Source of the DNA: Candidatus Latescibacterota bacterium
GTDB lineage: Bacteria; Latescibacterota; UBA2968; GCA-2709665
Direction: 5' to 3'
Assembly: GCA_965219455.1 (NCBI GenBank)
Contig: OZ244744.1
Span: 4,000,001 to 4,064,000 of the forward strand
Length of the DNA stretch: 64,000 bases
The position numbers and the translations under genes were made by a program. Position 1 is the stretch's first letter; each line of letters opens with the position of its first letter. A model generated the notes under the pieces. The model was not told the DNA's origin and did no database searches. It worked only from the letters and a program-made list of their open reading frames with translations. Shown piece by piece: positions 36,907 to 47,256 of this stretch.

Positions 36907-37048
36907 GATTCCTCGCGTCGTAGCGTTGGCGATACGGAAACGCGATGGCAATCAGCGATATCCGCGCCAATCCATCCGAACCCATCATTCGGTTTTCCCC
37001 ATCTGTTTTTTCCTACGGTTGGCCTCTTACCTCTTGCCTCTAACCGAT

Positions 37049-37942
37049 TCAACTGGCGAATCGCGACCGATACGCCGCCCGTGCACTTTGCACGATGTCA
37101 TCGGAGAGAGGCCGGCCGTCGGAGATCCCGACGTTGGCGCGGATGTGATCGGGATCCGTGGAGCCGATGATGGCGGTGCAGACGTCCGGATGCGAGAGCG
37201 TGAAACGCAGGACGAATTCGAGAATGGGCATCTCGCCCGCCAATTCTGCAAGGGGGATGGTTTGCGCCCGGTCCCAGGGTCCGCCCATGTAGTCGCCATC
37301 GGGACGTTCGCTCTGCTGCCACACGGCATTGGAGATGGGGCGCTTGATTATGGTGCCCATACCCAGTGATCTCAGGGTGGGCATGAGATTTTCGGCCGAT
37401 TCCTGGTACAGGATGTTGTAGGTGAATTCCTGGGTGTCCAGGTCCCAGCGGCGGGCGGCGGCAGCAGCGGAAGGACCGTCTGCCGAAACGCCGATAAAAC
37501 GTGTCCAGCCTTTTTCCCTGGCATCCAGAAGCGCCTCGAAGGCCACCTGTTCATCGTCGGCCGGCTCGGGCAATCCGTGAAACTGGACGATATCGATCAC
37601 GTCCATGTCCAGCTTTTTTCGGCTGTCGTCGATTGTACGCAGGATGCCGTCCCGGCTGTAGTCACGCACGATTCCTCGTTTACCGTTGGATTCCGCAACG
37701 TAGTCTCCGCATTTCGTGGCCAGGACGAATTCCTCACGTCTATGGGAAATGAACTTGCCGATCCGGGCTTCGCTCTGTCCGTACATGGCGGCCGTATCAA
37801 TGAAATTGATGCCGGCGTCCAGGACCGCGTTGAGGGCCCGATCCGCCTGGCTTTCGGGCAGGTTAATGTTGCCGATCTGCGCTGCGCCGTAGCCGATTTC
37901 CGAAACGCGCAGACCGGTTTTACCCAGATTTCGATATTCCAT
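37049..37942 (-). CDS. Aldo/keto reductase
   Basis: LGKTGLRVSEIGYG, IDTAAMYG, ATKCG. Confidence 0.9.
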   Translation of the reverse strand: MEYRNLGKTGLRVSEIGYGAAQIGNINLPESQADRALNAVLDAGINFIDTAAMYGQSEARIGKFISHRREEFVLATKCGDYVAESNGKRGIVRDYSRDGILRTIDDSRKKLDMDVIDIVQFHGLPEPADDEQVAFEALLDAREKGWTRFIGVSADGPSAAAAARRWDLDTQEFTYNILYQESAENLMPTLRSLGMGTIIKRPISNAVWQQSERPDGDYMGGPWDRAQTIPLAELAGEMPILEFVLRFTLSHPDVCTAIIGSTDPDHIRANVGISDGRPLSDDIVQSARAAYRSRFAS

Positions 37943-37954
37943 GTCGGGTCTCCT

Positions 37955-39223
37955 TCAGGATGTGTTGCTGATTGACGCCGGGGCGAACTCGCCCCGCGGG
38001 GTACGGAAATAGGCCCAGAAAATCAAGGTGCCGAGCGCGGTAAATGCGGCGCTGGTCAGGAAGAGGGCATGGTATCCGACGGTGGAGATGATGTAGCCGC
38101 CGCCCATGGCAATGACCGAATAACCGATGCCCGCCATCATGGAAGAAGCGCCGGACATGGTCGCCCGCCATCGCGGGGAAACAATCTCCTGGTTGTAGAC
38201 GACGAAGGCGGGGCGCCGTATGGAAGCGAGGGCCACGATGTTCATAAAGCAGAACCCCGCCGGAATCCAGTGCGGCAAAAAGGCCATGGGGATCAGCATG
38301 GCGGGCGTGCAGATGGCGCTCAACACGACCGTGCGGTGATTGCCGAAGCGGCCCGTGAAAAGCGGCACCGTCAGGGCGGCCGGCACCGCCAGAAGTTGTC
38401 CGGCGGCCATCAGTGTGCCGATGAGGGAGGTGGGTACGTGCAGGCCGTCATCCAGGTAGACATTGAAGAAGGTCCGGACAGCGCCCTCTCCGGCAACGTG
38501 CAGTAACGAGGCCAAAGCGATCAGCGCGATGACCCCCAGCGGGAACGGCGCGTCTGAATCCTCCACGTGTACCTGTCGTTGCCTGACCTGGGGTTTCCGC
38601 GTGGCCATGAGGATGAAAAGGGCCGGTATTAGCAGGGCGGAGGCGGCGAGCAGTGTGAACCGGAAAGGTGCGGGGTGGTCCGGGGCGACGTTCATCAACC
38701 AGGCGATTCGGCCGGGCAGAAAGCCGCCGACAAGGCTTCCGAAAAAGCCGGCCAGCGGGAAGAGGGCGCCCTGCATGGAGAAAACGTGGTTCCGCTCCCG
38801 CGCTCCGGCAATGCCCATCAGATACGGGGCGCCGTTGACGATGTAGAGGGCCACACCCAGCAGCCCCAGCGCGTTGGTGGCCAGAACAAACACGTCCCTG
38901 GGGGCGCCGGAGACGACGAGTTCAGCCTGTGAAAGAAGGCCATTGCCGATAATGGCGATACCGATACCCGCGATCATGACACGACGCGGATCCCAGCGGG
39001 CTCCCATGAGCCCGGCCGGCAGGCTGAAAATTGCAAAGGACAGCGCGCCGGTGGCGTTTACCCACCCGACAAACGTGGGGCCGTATCCCAGCCTCAGGAT
39101 ATAGAGGTTGAGCAACAGGGAGGTAATGCCGCCGAATAGGCTGAAGCCGAAGAGGATCGTCGCAGCGAGATACAGCCGGACGTCGCGGTTGAACAGGCGC
39201 AGGATATCCAGGTAGGATTCCAT
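37955..39223 (-). CDS. MFS transporter
   Basis: About 12 hydrophobic segments; G..GARWD.RR motif A variant. Confidence 0.85.
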   Translation of the reverse strand: MESYLDILRLFNRDVRLYLAATILFGFSLFGGITSLLLNLYILRLGYGPTFVGWVNATGALSFAIFSLPAGLMGARWDPRRVMIAGIGIAIIGNGLLSQAELVVSGAPRDVFVLATNALGLLGVALYIVNGAPYLMGIAGARERNHVFSMQGALFPLAGFFGSLVGGFLPGRIAWLMNVAPDHPAPFRFTLLAASALLIPALFILMATRKPQVRQRQVHVEDSDAPFPLGVIALIALASLLHVAGEGAVRTFFNVYLDDGLHVPTSLIGTLMAAGQLLAVPAALTVPLFTGRFGNHRTVVLSAICTPAMLIPMAFLPHWIPAGFCFMNIVALASIRRPAFVVYNQEIVSPRWRATMSGASSMMAGIGYSVIAMGGGYIISTVGYHALFLTSAAFTALGTLIFWAYFRTPRGEFAPASISNTS

Positions 39224-39298
39224 AGGCTTAGAATACCGGACCCGAGCCCGGCGGCAAGGACTCCAGGGGGTTGGCCATCGGGGGACAAATCCGGTCTC

Positions 39299-40369
39299 CT
39301 ACGCCAACAGGCGTTTCCCCCTGGATTTGAAGGCGGCCGCAAAGCGTTTTTTCATGGGGCCGCGGGTTTCTCCCACGGGCGGGTTCAGCGCCAGTTCGAC
39401 GCAAAGGTCGACCATGTTGACGGCATCGGATGCGGAAATGACCTCTTCCGCCGGCCAGCGTTTGCCCATGTTGTGGTAGTTGCCCAGGGGGAATGCCAGG
39501 GCGCCCACCGTCATGCCGTAGAGGACGTACAGCGTGGCTTCGCAGACGCCGCCGCTCATCAGTTGACGCTGATAGTTGAAATTGCGCTCTTTCTTTTTCA
39601 GGTCACGCGCGGTGCTGTGTATGGCGTATTCGACTCGCGGGTCGAATACGCTCATCGCGTCACCCACACGGATAACGGGTCCGCCGCCGATCTCGGCGCC
39701 GGGAAGGGCTTTGCTGGTCTCGAGTACGATAATGGGCACCCTCCGGGGGACGGTTCGGGCGCGTACGATTCCACCGGCCCCGAGAAGACCCACCTCTTCG
39801 GCGCGTGTGAAGACCCCCCACAGGTCTGCGGCGGCTTTCGTTCGATTGAGCCGGTCCATCGTGGCCAGGATAGCGGCGCAGCTCGCCAGGTTGTCCGCGC
39901 CCTTGGTCCGGATGAGATCGCTGTCGAACACGGCCGGTCTGAGGCCCCAGTAGCCGAAGGCGCCTTCGAGTTGTGGCAGCGTGCGCGCGGCGCGGGCGGT
40001 AAAGGTCTTGTCGTCGCTCAACGACGAGGTCGCCCTGCCGGGAATCTCGTCCCCATTGGATACGAGGGTGAGGCGGCCGCCCGGGAAATGGCGCTCGTCG
40101 CATGCCCCCAACCAGCGTGCGGTGAGATTCCGTCCGTCGGCGTTGAGGATCTCACAGCCGGGGTGGTCCATGTGGGCCGTAAGCGCGACCGGTTCCGCCT
40201 GATCGCCATTTGTGTACCGAAGGACGAGGTTGCCGTACCGGTCTGTTTTCACCGGGATCCGCCGTCGCCGGGCAAAGGCATTTACGTATGCCGCGACGGC
40301 GCTTTCATGGAAGGGCGCCGTGGGCAGAGAGAGGACGTCGCAGAAGATTTTTTGGAGGCGTCTGTTCAC
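39299..40369 (-). CDS. M20/M28/M42-type zinc peptidase
   Basis: AHMDH, ADN, AEEVG, YHN metal ligands. Confidence 0.75.
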   Translation of the reverse strand: MNRRLQKIFCDVLSLPTAPFHESAVAAYVNAFARRRRIPVKTDRYGNLVLRYTNGDQAEPVALTAHMDHPGCEILNADGRNLTARWLGACDERHFPGGRLTLVSNGDEIPGRATSSLSDDKTFTARAARTLPQLEGAFGYWGLRPAVFDSDLIRTKGADNLASCAAILATMDRLNRTKAAADLWGVFTRAEEVGLLGAGGIVRARTVPRRVPIIVLETSKALPGAEIGGGPVIRVGDAMSVFDPRVEYAIHSTARDLKKKERNFNYQRQLMSGGVCEATLYVLYGMTVGALAFPLGNYHNMGKRWPAEEVISASDAVNMVDLCVELALNPPVGETRGPMKKRFAAAFKSRGKRLLA

Positions 40370-40372
40370 GGC

Positions 40373-41833
40373 TCATCCCCAGCGGCTGATGGTAACTTTT
40401 TGACGAGTGAAGAAGGAGACGCCTTCGTGACCCTGAACATGCAGGTCGCCGAAGAAGGAGTTGTTCCATCCGGAGAACGGAAAGAAGGCCATGGGCGCCG
40501 GAACGCCGGTGTTGATGCCCACCATGCCGGCGTTGATACGGTGGCGGAACTCGCGGGCGGCGCCTCCGCTTTCGGTAAAGAGCACGGCGGCGTTGCCGTA
40601 ACCGCTGCTGTTACAGGTCTCGATAGCGGCATCCAGATCATCCGTGTGCATCACCGACAGTACGGGGCCGAAAATTTCGTCCCGGGCGATCTGCATTTGG
40701 GGTTGCACACGATCGAAGACGGTCGGGCCCAGATAAAAGCCGTTGGGGCAGGCATCCACGGCCACGTCGCGCCCGTCGACAATCAGATCGGCGCCTTCGG
40801 CGAGGCCGGTCCGGATGGAAGCGCGCACGTTTTCCAGGTGCCGGGGGGTAACCAGCGGACCCATTTCGGCATCGGCATCCCGGTCGGTAGGTCCAACGCG
40901 GAGGCCGCGCGCGGCGTCGCTGAGGAGCGGCAGAAAGCGTTCGGCGGCGTCGTGGGCGCACACAAGAACGCTGCCCGCCATGCACCGCTCTCCGGCGCAG
41001 CCGTACGCAGAACCCATAATGGCGTTTATGGTAGCGTCCGGTTCGGCGTCTGGCAGGACGACCATATAGTTCTTGGCGCCCCCTGCGGATTGTACGCGTT
41101 TCCCGTTGCGCGTGGCGGTTTCGTAGATGTATCTGGCCACGGGGGTGGAGCCGACGAAAGACACCGTGCGTACGTCCGGATGGTCGAGCAGGGCATCCAC
41201 GGCTTCACGTCCGCCGTGAACGAGATTCAGAACGCCGGGAGGCAGGCCCGCTTCGGCAAGGAGTTCCACCAGACGGATGGCGCTCAGGGGTACCTTCTCG
41301 GACGGCTTGAACACAAAGGTATTCCCGCAGACGAGCGCTACCGGCAGGGTCCAGAGCGGTACCATAACGGGAAAGTTGAACGGGGTGATGGCCGCGCACA
41401 CGCCCAGGGGTTGCCGGATCGTGTCGCAGTCGATATCGGCCGCGATGTTCTCCAGGGCCTGTCCCATCAGGAGGGATGGCGCGCCGCAGGCGAACTCCAC
41501 GACTTCGATGCCGCGCCGGACGGAGCCCCTGGATTCGTCCAGGGTTTTTCCGTGTTCGCGGGTGACAATCCGGGAAAGATCCTCGAAATGTCTCTCCAGA
41601 AGCTCCTTGAAACGGAACATGAGCCGGGCGCGTTCGACGGCCGGGGTTTCGGCCCAGGCTGGAAAGGCCCCGCTTGCGGCGCTGACGGCGCTGTCAATTT
41701 CATCGGCGCCGCCCATCGGCGTGGCGGAGATCTGTGTACCTTCCGAGGGGTTGTAGACCGGTTCGGTATCAGTCCCGGTTGAGACGATCCATTCCCCGTT
41801 GATGAATAGTGGACAGGGTTCGAGCACGTGCAT
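40373..41833 (-). CDS. mmsA: CoA-acylating methylmalonate-semialdehyde dehydrogenase
   Basis: ITPFNFP, FVGST, GGAKN, AGERCMA, EIFGP, VPAPMAFFPF.GW..SFFGDLH. Confidence 0.88.
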   Translation of the reverse strand: MHVLEPCPLFINGEWIVSTGTDTEPVYNPSEGTQISATPMGGADEIDSAVSAASGAFPAWAETPAVERARLMFRFKELLERHFEDLSRIVTREHGKTLDESRGSVRRGIEVVEFACGAPSLLMGQALENIAADIDCDTIRQPLGVCAAITPFNFPVMVPLWTLPVALVCGNTFVFKPSEKVPLSAIRLVELLAEAGLPPGVLNLVHGGREAVDALLDHPDVRTVSFVGSTPVARYIYETATRNGKRVQSAGGAKNYMVVLPDAEPDATINAIMGSAYGCAGERCMAGSVLVCAHDAAERFLPLLSDAARGLRVGPTDRDADAEMGPLVTPRHLENVRASIRTGLAEGADLIVDGRDVAVDACPNGFYLGPTVFDRVQPQMQIARDEIFGPVLSVMHTDDLDAAIETCNSSGYGNAAVLFTESGGAAREFRHRINAGMVGINTGVPAPMAFFPFSGWNNSFFGDLHVQGHEGVSFFTRQKVTISRWG

Positions 41834-41960
41834 TGCAGGGTCTCCTATAGATTGCGAAACCGTCTAAAAAACGCCGCACCGAGGATGCTGAAGGGATCTC
41901 CGGAGGATCGTGTGTGTTCCCGGCCAGGCAAACAGGCGATGGAAGCGGGCAGGACTGCGG

Positions 41961-42713
41961 CTACGCTACGGTGACCTCAACCGTATCCGGGCGTTTTCCG
42001 ACGGAGGGAGGCGCCATGAGACGCCGCTGCTGTTCCGTGAGGTCCGGGTATTCCTCGGGGTCGTAATATCCCTGTGACCAGGCCGAGTGCCCTGGGCTGT
42101 ATTTGTAGAGCAGGGCGCGGCGATCGTAATCAGCCGTCCAGGGTTTTGTTCCGTGGATGAGGGCTTCCGTGAAGATGAGCGCGTCACCCACTTCCACTTC
42201 GGGTTGTACCACGTAATGGGCGTCGCGTTCGAAGCGCCGGACGTCCCGGGGCAGGCTGTTGATAAAGTTGGATTTATGGCTGCCAGGGACGCAGACGAAC
42301 CCGCCGTCACCGGCCCTGGCGGGCGAGAGAAAATAGGTGACGACGGTGAGGCCGTTGCGCATCACGCCGTCTCGATATTTGTACCAGTGGTCCCCCTCGA
42401 GGTCGGTTTCGCCGCCGTGCAGCCCTCCGCGCGTCGAACCTTTCTTCATAAAGATGCAGTAGTCGTGGTCGATGCGGAATTTCGGGCCCAGCAACTCGAG
42501 CAGGTACGGCACTATCTCGTGGTGATCCATCAGTGCCTGAAATTCGGGTCCCCAGCAGGAGACCCGATCGACGATGCTCGCCCCGGACTCGGCGCCTTCT
42601 GATAGGATCCCGTCCGCAACTGCGTTCAACCTTTTCAGATCGTCGGCGGTGAGGACGTTCCTGACAACCAGGTAGCCCTCCAGGTCGAAACTGAATTTTT
42701 CTTCGTCGGTCAC
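41961..42713 (-). CDS. Phytanoyl-CoA dioxygenase (PhyH)-family protein
   Basis: FDLEGYL, VPGSHK, GD.LIFTEAL.HG, RR. Confidence 0.85.
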   Translation of the reverse strand: MTDEEKFSFDLEGYLVVRNVLTADDLKRLNAVADGILSEGAESGASIVDRVSCWGPEFQALMDHHEIVPYLLELLGPKFRIDHDYCIFMKKGSTRGGLHGGETDLEGDHWYKYRDGVMRNGLTVVTYFLSPARAGDGGFVCVPGSHKSNFINSLPRDVRRFERDAHYVVQPEVEVGDALIFTEALIHGTKPWTADYDRRALLYKYSPGHSAWSQGYYDPEEYPDLTEQQRRLMAPPSVGKRPDTVEVTVA

Positions 42714-42780
42714 GGTTGCGGCTCCTATTCTCGTTAACTGAGTCCGGAAAAGTGACGAGTGGCGTGTCCGGTCGCGCGCC

Positions 42781-44223
42781 TCAGTGGACCCGAAAGGCCG
42801 GCGACTCGCCCGGAACCGGCGAGTTGTCGAAGGCCCCCCGGTTGCGAACGGTTTCTTCGCCGCCGAAGCGGTTGATCCGTGCCTGCTGGGCTGACTTCGC
42901 GCGGGCGTCCTCGGCTTCGGGATCCAGAAGTTCGCGGAGCCGCCGTTCGAGGGATTTCAGGGTGGTCTGATGGTCCGGGGAAGACGAGAGATCCGTTGTT
43001 TCTTTCGGGTCGTCTTTTAGGTTGAAGAGCTGCGGGGGTTCGTTCACGTAGTGTATGTACTTCCACGTACGATCCCGGAGCATATATGTGGCATTGCGGG
43101 AGCCGACGGCGTGGTATTCGCTGAAAACGGTTCGATTCTCGTCGGCGTTCCGAGCGATCTGCCAAAGGGACCGGCCGGGAAGGGGATCGGGCTCAGGCGC
43201 GGCGGCCGCGCACTCGAGAACCGTGGGAAAGCTATCCACAAGGGATACGGGCGTGCCCACCACGCGGCCCGATGGAACGTCCGGACCGGCGAGGATGAGC
43301 GGGACGGAGGCGGCTTCCTCGTACATGGTGAATTTGCCGAAGAGGCCCCGCGCGCCCAGCGATTCGCCGTGGTCGGAGGTGTAGAGGATTCGGGTCGTGT
43401 CGGCCAGGTTGTGGACTTCGAGCGCGTTCAGGACACGGCCGATCTGACGGTCCAGGTGCGTGCACGTCCCGTAGTAGGCGGCGGTCAGGTTGTGTAATTG
43501 GGGTTCGGTAAAGGGCCGGTCGTAGTTGAAGAAACGGCGGAAGCGGCGTATGGCCGGATGGTCTGGCCAGTCCTCGTGACGCCACTGGGCGGGTAGGGGA
43601 AGCTGCTCCGGCGGATACATCTCGAAGAGATCGCGGGGTGCGACGTAGGGGGGATGTGGACAGACAAAGGAGAGAAACAGGACCCACGGCCTGTCGTTGT
43701 CCTTGCGCTCGGACAGCCAGGCGCACGCTCGGTCGGCGTTTGAAACGTCGTATTGCAGATAGGTGGAGTCTCCGGGGCCGGCGTTGAGAATACCGGTGCG
43801 CTTGTCGCGGAACGGGGGGCGATCCCGGATGCAACTCAGGATGTCCCCAACGCCGTCCACAACGTGAAGCGGATCGATTTCCTGTGAAAAACCGTTATCG
43901 TCCTCCCCGGAGCGGAAGTGCAGTTTACCGATGGAAGCGACCTGAAATCCCTGCTCCCTGAGGCGGTGGCCCCAACTGGGTACGCCGCCATCGTAGGCAA
44001 AGGCGTTGTCCCAGTTTCCGGTCTGGTGGACGTATCGCCCCGTCGCAAGGGAGGCGCGGGCGGGCACGCAGATGGGACAGTTCGTGTAGGCGCTGGCGAA
44101 GCGGGTTCCGCGCCCGGCCAGGCTGTCGATGTTGGGCGTCCGGACGACCGGGTGCCCGTAGCAACCCGTGATGTCCCGCGTGTGCTGGTCGGAGAGGATG
44201 AACAGCAGATTGGCCGGGTTCAT
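42781..44223 (-). CDS. Sulfatase (choline-sulfatase-like)
   Basis: SDQH, CVPARAS, GKLH, SDHGE. Confidence 0.88.
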   Translation of the reverse strand: MNPANLLFILSDQHTRDITGCYGHPVVRTPNIDSLAGRGTRFASAYTNCPICVPARASLATGRYVHQTGNWDNAFAYDGGVPSWGHRLREQGFQVASIGKLHFRSGEDDNGFSQEIDPLHVVDGVGDILSCIRDRPPFRDKRTGILNAGPGDSTYLQYDVSNADRACAWLSERKDNDRPWVLFLSFVCPHPPYVAPRDLFEMYPPEQLPLPAQWRHEDWPDHPAIRRFRRFFNYDRPFTEPQLHNLTAAYYGTCTHLDRQIGRVLNALEVHNLADTTRILYTSDHGESLGARGLFGKFTMYEEAASVPLILAGPDVPSGRVVGTPVSLVDSFPTVLECAAAAPEPDPLPGRSLWQIARNADENRTVFSEYHAVGSRNATYMLRDRTWKYIHYVNEPPQLFNLKDDPKETTDLSSSPDHQTTLKSLERRLRELLDPEAEDARAKSAQQARINRFGGEETVRNRGAFDNSPVPGESPAFRVH

Positions 44224-44429
44224 CCGTCGGGTTCCTCGTTGACCTCAATTTGGTCGGCGGGGATCCACACGACCTTTCCGTCTTTCCAGGTAACGACGGA
44301 ATTCCCGTTGCGTTTGTGATGCAAAAGCGCCTCTCGGACAGCTTCCTTCAAGGCATTGTCTATCAATGTGCCTTCCTTGAAGATTTTACCGATGTCTTTT
44401 TTGGATGACCTTCTCACAGTCTTGTACAC
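44220..44429 (-). CDS. Small partner protein of zeta-toxin-like ATPase
   Basis: AL.EAVREAL..HK..G..VV.W.DGKVV pattern; overlaps both neighbours. Confidence 0.6.
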   Translation of the reverse strand: MYKTVRRSSKKDIGKIFKEGTLIDNALKEAVREALLHHKRNGNSVVTWKDGKVVWIPADQIEVNEEPDG

Positions 44430-45000
44430 CTTCCTTAATGCGTGTCCACAGATTGACGTCCCGGACTTCGATATCAGCAGTGCTTTCTCCCATTGAGATC
44501 AAACGGGGCCCCGAGGTTGCAGTACTATCGTAAAAACGCCAATCATTCGCAATCGGACGGTACAGTCTGAAAAAGTTACGAAGCCCGGAGTAGTACCGCC
44601 GTCGAATCGTTGAGTCAGGAATGTCGTGACCTCCTGCTCGTACCCGCGCCGCGACTCGCGCGATAGCCACGTCCGGATTAGGCAACCACAAAAATGCCAA
44701 TCGGAAGACATATCCGCTCTGTTTGAGGCGGTCAATCCATGGAGCAAAACCGCGGCTTGCTAGCGTTGACTCAAACGCAAAATCAGCTCGGTTCGAAGCC
44801 AGACGGCGGACCCGTTTCAACATGACACGGCCTGCCTGAAGTGCGGCCGACTCCGGGTGGAAGCCCGAAAGTCCCGATGCAATGGCGTCAGCGTTGACAA
44901 ATTCCGCTACATCCAGCGCATCTCGCAATAGCTGTGGCGCGGCCGTGCTCTTGCCGGCGCCATTGGGTCCTCCAATAACGACAAGCTGCGGACTCGACAT
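44386..45000 (-). CDS. Zeta-toxin-like P-loop ATPase
   Basis: GGPNGAGKST, FVNAD.IA, FESTL, RVR.GGH.IP. Confidence 0.85.
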   Translation of the reverse strand: MSSPQLVVIGGPNGAGKSTAAPQLLRDALDVAEFVNADAIASGLSGFHPESAALQAGRVMLKRVRRLASNRADFAFESTLASRGFAPWIDRLKQSGYVFRLAFLWLPNPDVAIARVAARVRAGGHDIPDSTIRRRYYSGLRNFFRLYRPIANDWRFYDSTATSGPRLISMGESTADIEVRDVNLWTRIKEGVQDCEKVIQKRHR

Positions 45001-45289
45001 AGCCGTCACAGGGATAGTCAGATGGGAAAGGTCGCCCTTGGTTCGCCTTCCACGCGAGCGCGGGTCTCAATATAACGGAGCGAATTGCCATTTTGCAAGG
45101 CTTTTGCCTGAGGGATGCGCTCGTTTCCTGCGGACGGTTTATCTGATGGCCCCTGTCTCGTGTACTACTGGCGGAAGCGGGTGATTGTGCCTTGTAAACG
45201 GATTTCAGAGAGGCTATATTTCAAGTGAATCACGATACCCGCATCTGGCGGACACAACCTGAAATTGGAATCCAGGAAAGGCAACTGAG

Positions 45290-46018
45290 ATGACCCGACT
45301 CAGCGTGAACGTTAACAAGGTGGCGCTGCTCCGGAATACCCGGACGATCGGCATCCCGAGCGTGACCCGGGCCGCTCAGATCTGCATCGAAGCCGGAGCG
45401 TACGGTATTACCGTTCATCCCCGGCCCGACCAGCGGCACATCCGGCCCTCGGACGTGTACGAATTGAACGCGCTCGTTACGGACGTGGAGTTCAACATCG
45501 AGGGGAACCCCTTCGAGGAAGGGTACCTGGACATTGTACGGAATATAAGACCCACACAGTGCACGCTGGTGCCGGATTCGCCGGACGCGTTTACGTCGGA
45601 TCACGGCTGGAATCTCTCCGGAGAGGGGGACCGCCTGCAGCCCGTTATTCAGGAGTTGAAGGCGCTGGGCAGCCGCGTGAGCCTGTTTATGGACTACGAC
45701 TCGGACGAGATCCCGAGAGCCGCTCAGGTGGGGGCGGACCGAATCGAGCTGTACACGGAGCCGTTTGCGGATGCGTTTCGAGAGGATAAGGATCCGGAGG
45801 CCGTCTTTGAGGGTTACGCAAACGCGGCCCGGTTCGCTCAGGATGCGGGACTGGGCGTCAACGCGGGGCACGATCTGAACCTGGCAAACCTGGGCAGATT
45901 CTGTTCAATCCCCGGCGTCCTGGAAGTATCGATCGGCCACGCGCTGATCGGCGAAGCGCTGGAGATGGGGTTGGCGAACACGGTGAAAGCGTATCTGGAT
46001 GTCCTTGCGAAGACGTGA
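45290..46018 (+). CDS. pdxJ: Pyridoxine 5'-phosphate synthase
   Basis: LSVNVNK.A.LRN, ITVHPRPDQRH, IELYT, NAGHDL, EVSIGHAL. Confidence 0.95.
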   Translation: MTRLSVNVNKVALLRNTRTIGIPSVTRAAQICIEAGAYGITVHPRPDQRHIRPSDVYELNALVTDVEFNIEGNPFEEGYLDIVRNIRPTQCTLVPDSPDAFTSDHGWNLSGEGDRLQPVIQELKALGSRVSLFMDYDSDEIPRAAQVGADRIELYTEPFADAFREDKDPEAVFEGYANAARFAQDAGLGVNAGHDLNLANLGRFCSIPGVLEVSIGHALIGEALEMGLANTVKAYLDVLAKT

Positions 46019-46024
46019 CCGGGC

Positions 46025-47206
46025 TCAGTGAAGACCGCCCGCGTGCAGGTCCATGGCCAGGCTGCGGTAGTCTCGAATGCGGTGAATCGTGCAGAGGTCG
46101 GCGTCGTGCTGGTCTCCCGAGTCCCGGCTGGTCCGCGAGAGCACAACGATGTCGTCCCCGTCCACGACGGCGCTGGGATACATGAAGCTGCGGTAGACGT
46201 TGTCCGGCCAGCGGGCCACGCAACCGGCCGGGAACCAGTTGAGGCAGTCGATGCCGTAGTGCAGATAGAGCCACCGCCGTTCGTTGCCCGGGCCTCCGTG
46301 ATAGCCGGATTCGCGCATGCGTTCACCCCAGCCCAGAATGTCCTGGGAGTTGGTGATGAGGTTGCTCAGCATCCAGTACATGGATTCTGATCGATCGTGG
46401 ATGACGTAGAACTTGCACTGCGCGCCCGGCCAGGCCGCAAATTGCGCAAAGCTCAGGCGGTGCGCCTCCGGATCGTAGTCGAATACGGCGGCAATATGGG
46501 CGGCGGCGTATTCGTCGAATACACACCGGCAGAAGGCGCGGATACGGCCGTTGACTTCTACCGTGTTGGGTTCCAGCCACACGAGCGGGTCTCTCCACCC
46601 GCCAGAAAGCTGGGGGCGTTCGCCGTCTGGAAAGAGATTGCGGGTCATCGTGGCGGGGATCTCCGGCTGGTGTACAATATTGGAGAGCTTCCATGCTCCC
46701 GGATCGAGGGGCGACATGCTCCGATCCAGGCGGAGCATTGTCTTTCCGCCGTGCCCCTGGTTGGGCAGGTCGTAGTCCATGGCCCAGTAGAGGGCCTCTG
46801 GGCGAAGAACACGGGACGTGGAGATGTTCCAGATGGGACCTTCAATGACCGTTACGGGATCGGTCCAGCTTCCGCCTCTGTCGTCGCTGGCCACAACGAG
46901 GAAGTCTTTGTGGCATTTTTCCTGGACGAACATGAGGAGTTGCCCGTCCAGTACGAAGGGTGTGGCCTCTTCGTAGGGCAGTCCGGGCAGTTCCTCCCAG
47001 GTACGGCCCCCGTCTTCGCTCCGGAGGAGCCGCAGACGGCGGCAATAATCCCAACCCGGGCGGTGCCATTGCGGCGCGGCCAGCAGCAGCGTGCCGTCGT
47101 CCAGGCGGGCCAGGTCGGGGTCGTGGAAGAAATACCGCGCCGGATCGGGCACGCGCGCCGCAATGACGAAATCCTGGGCGAGCGGTTGAACGTTCGGATT
47201 GGACAT
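46025..47206 (-). CDS. Sialidase/BNR (Asp-box) beta-propeller protein
   Basis: Asp boxes SEDGGRTW and SDDRGGSW; MYPS. Confidence 0.65.
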   Translation of the reverse strand: MSNPNVQPLAQDFVIAARVPDPARYFFHDPDLARLDDGTLLLAAPQWHRPGWDYCRRLRLLRSEDGGRTWEELPGLPYEEATPFVLDGQLLMFVQEKCHKDFLVVASDDRGGSWTDPVTVIEGPIWNISTSRVLRPEALYWAMDYDLPNQGHGGKTMLRLDRSMSPLDPGAWKLSNIVHQPEIPATMTRNLFPDGERPQLSGGWRDPLVWLEPNTVEVNGRIRAFCRCVFDEYAAAHIAAVFDYDPEAHRLSFAQFAAWPGAQCKFYVIHDRSESMYWMLSNLITNSQDILGWGERMRESGYHGGPGNERRWLYLHYGIDCLNWFPAGCVARWPDNVYRSFMYPSAVVDGDDIVVLSRTSRDSGDQHDADLCTIHRIRDYRSLAMDLHAGGLH

Positions 47207-47256
47207 TGGATTCCTCCGGACGAATGGTTGGCTAAACCGGTAAATGAGGAGGCGAG

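Noticed and set aside
36040-37040. Intact integrative element at tRNA-Pro
   Set aside because: No integrase and no duplicated tRNA 3' end found by eye; only a remnant of about 1 kb.
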